A stretch of 32,000 bases of DNA from Blochmannia endosymbiont of Camponotus modoc (GTDB lineage Bacteria > Pseudomonadota > Gammaproteobacteria > Enterobacterales > Enterobacteriaceae), in contig NZ_CP097765.1 in the NCBI RefSeq assembly GCF_023585785.1, forward strand, positions 720,001 through 752,000, in the 5' to 3' direction. Below, in pieces: positions 22,905 to 32,000 of the stretch. A program made the position numbers and the translations under genes. Within the stretch, counting starts at the first letter, position 1; every line of letters begins with the position of its first letter. Below the pieces are notes generated by a model, which was given only the letters and a program-made list of their open reading frames with translations, was not told the origin of the DNA and searched no databases.

Positions 22905-23972
22905 ATGAGCATTGAGATAGATGGAATCACCAAGTTTTTTGGTCATGATAAAATATTGACTAATGTTTCTTTACATATTGAATCTGGAGAAATAATAGCA
23001 TTATTAGGACCATCCGGTTCTGGAAAAACCACATTACTACGTATTATTGCTGGGCTAGAACATTATAATAGTGGTTGTTTGCGTTTTAGAGGTAAAGATG
23101 TTAGCCATCTTAGTGCACGTGATCGTCATGTTGGTTTTGTTTTTCAAAATTATGCTTTGTTTCGTCATATGACAGTATCAGATAATATTTCTTTTGGAAT
23201 AAGAATGTTGCCGCGCCATAAACGCCCAAATTCTCATATAATTAGTAAAAAAGTTACGCAATTATTAAGTATGGTTCAATTAGAACGTTTGGCAAATAGA
23301 TATCCTACTCAACTTTCTGGGGGTCAAAAGCAACGTGTAGCTCTGGCTCGTTCTTTAGCAATTGAACCAGAAATTTTACTGTTAGATGAACCATTTGGTG
23401 CATTAGATACACAAGTTAGAAAAGAATTGCGTCGTTGGCTGCGCAAGTTACATAATGAATTTAAATTCACTAGTGTTTTTGTTACACATGATCAAGAAGA
23501 AGCTATGGAAGTTGCTAATAGAATAGTAGTGATGAATCGAGGAGTTATTGAACAGATAGGTACACCTAAGGATATTTGGTGTGTGCCGGCTACTCGTTTT
23601 GTTTTAGAGTTTATAAGCGAAGTGAATTGTTTACAAGGAGTAGTGTGTGGATCGGAATTATTTATTGGGCCTTATCATTGGTCTTTACCATATATTCCAG
23701 CTTTACAAGGAAAAGTAGAATTATTTTTTCGTCCGTGGGAGATGGATATGAGTAAAGAGCATAACGTGCTTTATCCGTTACCGGCTAAGATTGTAAATGT
23801 CAGTTTGCATGGTTATTATTGGCAATTAAGTGTAGAGCCTTTAGGATGGCATCAAGATTTATTGACTATAATTTTGGGAATTAAAGATATTTTTGGTGTT
23901 CCAGAATGTGGTGCATATTGCTATTTAAGCGGACGTAATGCACGATTATATTCAGGGGAAATAGTGTTGTAA
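22905..23972 (+). CDS. cysA: sulfate/thiosulfate ABC transporter ATPase
   Basis: 355 aa. MSIEIDGITKFFGHDKILTNVSLHI, Walker A GPSGSGKTT, signature LSGGQKQRVALARSLA, Walker B ILLLDEPFGALD. Confidence 0.95.
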   Translation: MSIEIDGITKFFGHDKILTNVSLHIESGEIIALLGPSGSGKTTLLRIIAGLEHYNSGCLRFRGKDVSHLSARDRHVGFVFQNYALFRHMTVSDNISFGIRMLPRHKRPNSHIISKKVTQLLSMVQLERLANRYPTQLSGGQKQRVALARSLAIEPEILLLDEPFGALDTQVRKELRRWLRKLHNEFKFTSVFVTHDQEEAMEVANRIVVMNRGVIEQIGTPKDIWCVPATRFVLEFISEVNCLQGVVCGSELFIGPYHWSLPYIPALQGKVELFFRPWEMDMSKEHNVLYPLPAKIVNVSLHGYYWQLSVEPLGWHQDLLTIILGIKDIFGVPECGAYCYLSGRNARLYSGEIVL

Positions 23973-24431
23973 TTAATGTTTTTTGAGATTCTGTAACTTA
24001 TGTAATTAGTAGTCAATATTGTTTTCAAATGTGTGGTTTATTTAGAGCATGGTTTTGGTGTAGATAGTGTTGTATGTAGATAATTAATAATGTTCATATT
24101 TATCGTTGTATATAAGAGTTAGGTTTTTTATTTATGAATTTTTGGTATTAGGCTATTTGAGTAATCAGATTTTAAAATATGTTGTAAGAAGATATATAGC
24201 CAATTAAAAAATTTTTTGTATATATTATTGCTGATTCTATTTATGAAATAGATTGTTTTTATTTATACGATATATTGGTTATTTTATTTGTGTATAAAAT
24301 ATAGGTATAGTACTAGGTTAAATTTTTTCAAATAAACTATACGATGATTTATTTATAAAATTATAAAAAAATTTTTGTTGTTAAATTATATGTTTATTAA
24401 TCATAATAAATGTTTTGACAAAAGAATAGTT

Positions 24432-26165
24432 TTATAATTTTTGTGTATTATTTGATACATGTGTATGCGTAAGTAAATGCATTAATGATTCTGTGGTTGA
24501 ATAGTTCAATGCTTTTTGTGCCAATTTTTTTGCATCGTGATAATATGCGTTACGGATTATGTTTTTTATGTGTGGAATAGATATGGAGCTCATGCTAAAT
24601 TCATCTAATCCCATTCCTAGTAATAGTAGAGTAGTACGTTCATCGCCTGCCATTTCTCCGCACATAGCTGTCCATTTTCCTACAGTATGTGAAGCTTCAA
24701 TGACTTTTTTAATTAATATTAGAATAGACGGAGATATGGGATTATATAGATGAGATATTAATTTATTACCGCGATCTACTGCAAGTGTATATTGAGTTAA
24801 ATCGTTAGTTCCGATACTGAAAAAATCTACTTCTTTAACTAAATGATGAGCGATAATTGCAGAAGCAGGAGTTTCGATCATGACACCTACTTTAATATTT
24901 TCGTCAAATTTTTTTCCTTCTTGACGTAGTTGTGTTTTTAAAAAATTTAATTCTGTATTTAAAGTTTTTACTTCTTCTACTGAAATAATCATAGGATACA
25001 TTATGCGCAATTTACCAAAAAAGGAAGCTCGTAAGATGGCGCGTAATTGAGTATGTAATATGTCTTTTCTGTCTAACATAATGCGAATTGCGCGCCATCC
25101 AAGAAATGGATTTTCTTCGTTTGGGAGGTGCATGTAAGGCAAATTTTTATCCCCCCCAATATCCATAATACGTATGACTACAGCTTCGTTAATCATGGAT
25201 TCAGCGGCATTTTTATAAGCTTTAAATTGTTCTTCTTCTGTGGGGAATGAATTACGATTCATAAATAAAAATTCAGTTCTATATAATCCTATTCCTTCAG
25301 CTCCGTTTTCTTTAGCTCTAACTATATCGTGTATCGTACCGATATTAGCGCATATTCGTACTTGACGTCCGTCGAGAGTAATAGCTGGGAGATTCTTTAA
25401 TTTAGTTAACTCATATTTTTCAGAAACATATTTCTTTTTTAATGTGTCTATATTTTTAATGATGTCTGGGGTTGGATTGATGTAAATTTTGTTATTTAAG
25501 GCGTCGAGTATTATAAAATCTCCATTGGACACTCTTTTTGTAATTATACCAGTTCCTACGATGGCTGGTAGTTCTAAAGAACGCGCCATAATAGAGGTGT
25601 GTGAAGTTTTCCCGCCGGCATCAGTAATAAATCCCAAAACTTTTTTTAAATTTAATTGTGCAGTTTCCGATGGACTAAGATCTACTGCAATAATAATTAC
25701 TTCTTCAGTAATAGAATTTAAGTCGATAATTGGAATTCCTAGAATGTTTTTTAATAAACGATTTCCAATATCTCGTACATCAGTAGCGCGTTCTTTTAAA
25801 TATTCATCCTCTAGTTGTTCTAAAGCTTTTGCTTGGGTTTCAATTACTGAATGTACAGCAGCATCAGCGCTGAATAATTCTTCTTTAATAAGAGTAATAA
25901 TATCTTGTTCAAGTTCTTCATCTTCTAGTAATATAATATGGCCTTCAAATATAGCTTCTTTTTTAGAGTCTAATTGTTTTTTTACTTTATTTTTAATTTC
26001 TTTCAATTGCCTGGAAGTTTCGGAACGTCCGGAGAGAAATCGATTGATTTCTTGTTCAATAGTATCAATGTTAATTTTTTCTAAATTGATAAGGATTTTT
26101 TTTTCTTGTAATAGCAACGCTTTTCCGAAGGCGATGCCAGGTGATACTGAAATTCCTGAAATCAT
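24432..26165 (-). CDS. ptsI: phosphoenolpyruvate-protein phosphotransferase (Enzyme I)
   Basis: 577 aa. Active-site [49 protein letters not shown]. Confidence 0.97.
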   Translation of the reverse strand: MISGISVSPGIAFGKALLLQEKKILINLEKINIDTIEQEINRFLSGRSETSRQLKEIKNKVKKQLDSKKEAIFEGHIILLEDEELEQDIITLIKEELFSADAAVHSVIETQAKALEQLEDEYLKERATDVRDIGNRLLKNILGIPIIDLNSITEEVIIIAVDLSPSETAQLNLKKVLGFITDAGGKTSHTSIMARSLELPAIVGTGIITKRVSNGDFIILDALNNKIYINPTPDIIKNIDTLKKKYVSEKYELTKLKNLPAITLDGRQVRICANIGTIHDIVRAKENGAEGIGLYRTEFLFMNRNSFPTEEEQFKAYKNAAESMINEAVVIRIMDIGGDKNLPYMHLPNEENPFLGWRAIRIMLDRKDILHTQLRAILRASFFGKLRIMYPMIISVEEVKTLNTELNFLKTQLRQEGKKFDENIKVGVMIETPASAIIAHHLVKEVDFFSIGTNDLTQYTLAVDRGNKLISHLYNPISPSILILIKKVIEASHTVGKWTAMCGEMAGDERTTLLLLGMGLDEFSMSSISIPHIKNIIRNAYYHDAKKLAQKALNYSTTESLMHLLTHTHVSNNTQKL

Positions 26166-26229
26166 AATTTTACCTTCATTAGAGTTATAAATAGTGCAAT
26201 TATCCGAATATTGATTGACTATATTGTGT

Positions 26230-26487
26230 TTATTTAAGTTCAGTAATAAACTCGATTAAATATTGTACTGCTTGTTCTGCGTCTGTGCCATCGGCGGAAA
26301 TGACAACTATAGATCCTTTGCTTAAACCTAGTGTTTGTAGTTTAAATAAACTTTTAGCGCTTGCTTTTTTTCCGTTAGAGATTACTGTAATTTCAGAATT
26401 AAATTTTTTTGCTGCCTTTACAAATTGAGTAGCTGGACGGGTATGTAAACCATTGGAAGCAGTGATTATAGTTTCTTTTTGATACAT
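26230..26487 (-). CDS. ptsH: phosphocarrier protein HPr
   Basis: The track starts at 26499. The family start is [27 protein letters not shown] (codon 5). Active His in [20 protein letters not shown]. Confidence 0.95.
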   Translation of the reverse strand: MYQKETIITASNGLHTRPATQFVKAAKKFNSEITVISNGKKASAKSLFKLQTLGLSKGSIVVISADGTDAEQAVQYLIEFITELK

Positions 26488-26810
26488 TTTTATCTCCATT
26501 TAATTTAACAATATGATAAAAAATATTATTTTCATGTAAATTTACTAAAATTAAATATTTTTTATTAATGAAACATAGACGCATGAAACTGTTATACGTA
26601 TACATGATCTATTAATTTTTTGTTTCTTTCCCATGTATATCACATTCAAAATAGAATATGCACTAAAGATATTTTTTCATTGGATCGCCTTATTTTTTTA
26701 ATGTTTTAAAAAGATAGTATTCTATTTACATAATGTAATTAATTCAATATTATTATAAATTTTGCAATAAATAAAATATACAAATTGTTTTTATTTATGT
26801 AAAAATAAAT

Positions 26811-26841
26811 ATAGAAAACATCACACATGAATGTTTTCTAT
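26811..26841 (-). terminator. hairpin 3' of cysK, terminator candidate
   Basis: 11-bp stem atagaaaacat / atgttttctat with 9-nt loop, 38 nt beyond the cysK stop. T-rich sequence flanks it in both orientations (plus strand: t-run directly after the stem). Confidence 0.55.
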
Positions 26842-26878
26842 TTTTTTTGAATGTTAATAGAAAATAAAAATTTATTTT

Positions 26879-27823
26879 TTATAACTTTGAAAACAATACA
26901 GTACTTAAATATCGTTCACCAGACGATGGAAGTATAACTACTATATTTTTATCAGCATAGGTTTTGTTTTTTTGTAGTTGTACCGCTGCTGCTAATGCTG
27001 CGCCCGAAGAAATTCCAGCTAAAATTCCTTCTTTCTTCATTAAATATTTAGCGTAGCTGACAGCTGCGTCTATGGTTACTGTTTCTACATGATCAATTAA
27101 AGTTAAGTCGAGATTTTTTGGAATAAAACCAGCACCAATACCTTGGATTTTATGTGGTGCTGGTTTTATGTTTTGACCTGATAATGTCTGGGTAATGACT
27201 GGAGATTCTTCTGGTTCTACTGCCACGACAATAATTTTTTTATTTTTTGTATGTTTGAAAAATCGTCCAACTCCGGTGATAGTACCTCCTGTACCAACTC
27301 CAGCTACAAATACATCTATTTTTCCGGCCGAGTCATTCCAAATTTCAGGTCCTGTGGTTTTTTCATGAATTTCTGGATTTGCAGGATTGCTAAATTGTTG
27401 TAGTAATAAATAATGTTTGGGATCAGCAGCAACAATTTCTTCTGCTTTAGCAATAGCTCCTTTCATTCCATTACATCCTTCTGTCAATATAATTTCGGCT
27501 CCTAGAGCTTTAATTAATTTAATACGTTCAACGCTCATGGTTTCTGGCATGGTTAAAGTTAATTTATAATGTCGTGCGGCTGCTACGTAAGCTAAAGCAA
27601 TTCCAGTATTACCACTCGTTGCTTCTATAAGTCTCGTATCTAATTTTAATAAGTTTCTTTTTTCTGCATCCCAAATCATATTAGCGCCAATACGACATTT
27701 AACGCTAAAGCTAGGATTTCTAGATTCTATTTTAACAGCAATATGACCATTGCCAATATTATTAAGACGGACTAATGGAGTATGACCAATAGTGTAAGAA
27801 TTATCTTGATAAATTTTATACAT
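26879..27823 (-). CDS. cysK: cysteine synthase A
   Basis: 314 aa. [13 protein letters not shown] Lys in [44 protein letters not shown]. Confidence 0.96.
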   Translation of the reverse strand: MYKIYQDNSYTIGHTPLVRLNNIGNGHIAVKIESRNPSFSVKCRIGANMIWDAEKRNLLKLDTRLIEATSGNTGIALAYVAAARHYKLTLTMPETMSVERIKLIKALGAEIILTEGCNGMKGAIAKAEEIVAADPKHYLLLQQFSNPANPEIHEKTTGPEIWNDSAGKIDVFVAGVGTGGTITGVGRFFKHTKNKKIIVVAVEPEESPVITQTLSGQNIKPAPHKIQGIGAGFIPKNLDLTLIDHVETVTIDAAVSYAKYLMKKEGILAGISSGAALAAAVQLQKNKTYADKNIVVILPSSGERYLSTVLFSKL

Positions 27824-28147
27824 ATTTAATAATTCCTCAAGTGTTATGCAATACTACGATGATGGGTTTGTGATATAGAATATCTTTTAAATATAGTCTG
27901 GACAAATAAAAATATAATTTTTTTATTCTGATATAAATATTAGAATAAAATTAGCTATTATGCATTAATTATAGACGTGTATTCAATAATATTGCTGTCA
28001 TCTTGTTAATATAGATAATTCATAAAAAATTAATTTGATATTGTTGATATTTAAACAGTGATTATATTAAACAACTGTATGTTTAAAGATATTTTTATCA
28101 TAAAATGTTAAATCACATGTAAATAAAAATAATGATTTTAAATATGA

Positions 28148-29974
<1,827 letters not shown>

Positions 29975-30128
29975 AAATGAGAAATTTAAAAGATTAAAAA
30001 TTATGGGTATATTAAAATTAGAGTTATGTATATTAGGAGATATCTATGATTAACAATCAAAAGGATGCAAATTCAAATTGGGTAATGAATACATCTTAAC
30101 TATGTTTTAAGAGAGTTTTTGTTGTTTA

Positions 30129-30168
30129 CATCCGATTTTAAAAAATGTATTCATTTTAAAATCGGATG
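30129..30168. repeat. hairpin with 15-bp perfect stem between ligA and the tRNA pair
   Basis: catccgattttaaaa (30129..30143) / ttttaaaatcggatg (30154..30168), 10-nt loop. No strong T-tract on either side. Confidence 0.85.
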
Positions 30169-30250
30169 CTTCGGCTTAGAGGTAGTGGAGATTGAGTTGA
30201 TTACCTAGCAATCGATAAAATTGTTAGTGTGATAGAAAATAAACAATTTT

Positions 30251-30323
30251 TGGGTCGTGCAGGATTCGAACCTGCGACCAATTGATTAAAAGTCAACTGC
30301 TCTACCTTCTGAGCTAACGACCC
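30251..30323 (-). tRNA. tRNA-Lys (anticodon TTT)
   Basis: Reverse strand GGGTCGTTAGCTCAGAAGGTAGAGCAGTTGACTTTTAATCAATTGGTCGCAGGTTCGAATCCTGCACGACCCA, full cloverleaf, 73 nt, CCA not encoded. Confidence 0.97.
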
Positions 30324-30347
30324 TAATTAAAATTTAGAACGATAAAA

Positions 30348-30421
30348 TAGGTGATGGCGGACTCGAACCGCCGACCCTCTCCTTGTAAGGGAGATGCTCT
30401 GCCAAACTGAGCTAATCACCT
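30348..30421 (-). tRNA. tRNA-Val (anticodon TAC)
   Basis: Reverse strand AGGTGATTAGCTCAGTTTGGCAGAGCATCTCCCTTACAAGGAGAGGGTCGGCGGTTCGAGTCCGCCATCACCTA, 7-bp acceptor stem, 74 nt, CCA not encoded. Confidence 0.96.
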
Positions 30422-30584
30422 TTTCTGTTGAATTGCATTATATGGATTCATTGATACGAGTCAATGGGTTTTTATAAAAATAGAGATTTTTTAATTGTAT
30501 TTTATTAATGTGAAAATTAAATTTCATTTTGTATTGACTTAAATGAAAATTTAATGATTATCTACAGTCAGGTACTTAATTTTT

Positions 30585-31991
30585 ATGAATATTAAAACTC
30601 GATTTGCACCCAGTCCTACAGGTTCTATACATATTGGAAATATTCGTACTGCTTTGTATTCTTGGTTGTTTGCTAGAAAGCAAGGTGGTAAATTTTTATT
30701 ACGTATAGAAGATTCTGATTCGCAACGTTCTATAGATGATACAGTTGAGCTAATTGTTGCAGGGATGAATTGGCTTAGTTTAAATTGGGATGAAGGTCCT
30801 TATTTTCAAACTGATAGGTTTAGTCGTTATAACAGTATAATAAGTTATATGATTCAACATGATATGGCTTATAAGTGTTATTGTTCATCAGAAAGATTAG
30901 AATCATTGCGATCAAATCAAATAAAAAACGGAGAAAAACCTAAATATGATGGTTATTGTCGTTTTAAATCTACGGCTATACATAATTCTTCTATTAGTTC
31001 TTATGTGGTACGTTTTTGTAATCCTAAGGAAGGCGTAGTAATATTTAATGATCAAATCAGAGGTACAATTACATTTAATAACAAAGAATTAGATGATCTA
31101 ATTATTCGCCGAGCCGATGGTTCTCCAACATATAATTTTTGCGTTGTAATAGACGATATGGATATGCAAATTACTCATATCATACGAGGTGAAGAACATA
31201 TTAATAATACTCCGCGACAGATTAATATTTTAAAAGCATTGCGAGCTCCAATACCAACGTATGCTCATGTGTCAATGATATTAGATAAGAATTCAAAAAA
31301 ACTATCAAAACGCCGTGGAACATTGGGTATTATGCAATATCGTAATGATGGATTTCTCCCTGAAGCAATACTTAATTATTTAGTAAGATTGGGATGGTCG
31401 CATGGAGATCAAGAAATTTTTAGTATTGAAGAGATGATAAAATATTTTGATTTGAGTAGAATTAGTAAATCTCCTAGTATTTTAAATCTTGAAAAATTAC
31501 TTTGGTTGAATCATTATTATATTAATCATTTACCAATAGACTACGTAGCTTCACATTTATCATGGCATATGCATCAACAAAAAATCAATATACAAAATGG
31601 TCCAAAATTAACTGATATAATAAAATTATTTGCAAGACGTTCACGTACATTAAAAGAAATTGTAAATAATTGTCTATATTTTTATATAGATTTTGATTTA
31701 TTCGATAATAAGGTAGCTAAAGATTATTTAAAACCTATTGCGATAACACCATTAAAATTTTTAAGAAAAAAATTCAGTAATATAGTTGATTGGACGCCAG
31801 AGATTATTAAATCTATAATTATAGAAACCGTCAATGAATTTAATACTAGCATAGATAAAATAGGTATGCCACTTCGTGTAGCATTAACTGGAACGGATTG
31901 TTCTCCAACGCTCAGTATTACCATACATGCAATTGGTCAGTCTCGTGTATTAGAGCGCATTGATCAGGCTGTACGCTATATTTCAATATAG
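30585..31991 (+). CDS. gltX: glutamyl-tRNA synthetase
   Basis: 468 aa. [67 protein letters not shown]. Confidence 0.97.
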   Translation: MNIKTRFAPSPTGSIHIGNIRTALYSWLFARKQGGKFLLRIEDSDSQRSIDDTVELIVAGMNWLSLNWDEGPYFQTDRFSRYNSIISYMIQHDMAYKCYCSSERLESLRSNQIKNGEKPKYDGYCRFKSTAIHNSSISSYVVRFCNPKEGVVIFNDQIRGTITFNNKELDDLIIRRADGSPTYNFCVVIDDMDMQITHIIRGEEHINNTPRQINILKALRAPIPTYAHVSMILDKNSKKLSKRRGTLGIMQYRNDGFLPEAILNYLVRLGWSHGDQEIFSIEEMIKYFDLSRISKSPSILNLEKLLWLNHYYINHLPIDYVASHLSWHMHQQKINIQNGPKLTDIIKLFARRSRTLKEIVNNCLYFYIDFDLFDNKVAKDYLKPIAITPLKFLRKKFSNIVDWTPEIIKSIIIETVNEFNTSIDKIGMPLRVALTGTDCSPTLSITIHAIGQSRVLERIDQAVRYISI

Positions 31992-32000
31992 TATTAGATG

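Noticed and set aside
24559-24753. Plus-strand ORF of 64 aa
   Set aside because: Antisense to the ptsI 3' region.
25489-26190. 233-aa plus-strand ORF
   Set aside because: Antisense to ptsI, whose identity is certain. The translation is low-complexity Ser/Ile/Asn and mirrors ptsI codons; no domain is recognisable.
26399-26605. Minus-strand ORF of 68 aa
   Set aside because: Overlaps the ptsH start in another frame and extends into AT-rich spacer; no motif.
31724-31924. Minus-strand ORF of 66 aa
   Set aside because: Antisense to gltX.

Overview
This window is a 32 kb, very AT-rich segment of a reduced Enterobacterales genome. Its gene content and order strongly suggest a Candidatus Blochmannia-type ant endosymbiont (inference). 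Gene order is mqo(-, partial), guaB-guaA, urease cluster ureDABC-ureFG, upp, bcp(-), dapA-bamC(short), dapE(-), tkt(-), degraded talA(-), cysP-U-W-A, ptsI(-)-ptsH(-)-cysK(-), ligA, tRNA-Lys(-), tRNA-Val(-), gltX. Apart from the urease block and mqo, the backbone follows the order of E. coli genes from guaBA to gltX, with many deletions (from memory). I found no CRISPR array, phage, transposon or defence system. The best observations are: (1) the unlabelled 282-aa ORF at 18113..18961(-) aligns along its length with transaldolase A and sits at the talA position upstream of tkt, but has lost several active-site residues; (2) a 103-codon BamC keeps only the lipoprotein signal and the BamD-binding N-terminal segment; (3) LigA has no BRCT domain; (4) the urease cluster has no ureE; (5) there is a perfect 34-bp-arm inverted repeat just upstream of upp, plus other long hairpins; (6) GltX has Phe where the fourth zinc ligand is expected; (7) ptsHI remain without crr. 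All family names come from recognised protein motifs, not database searches.
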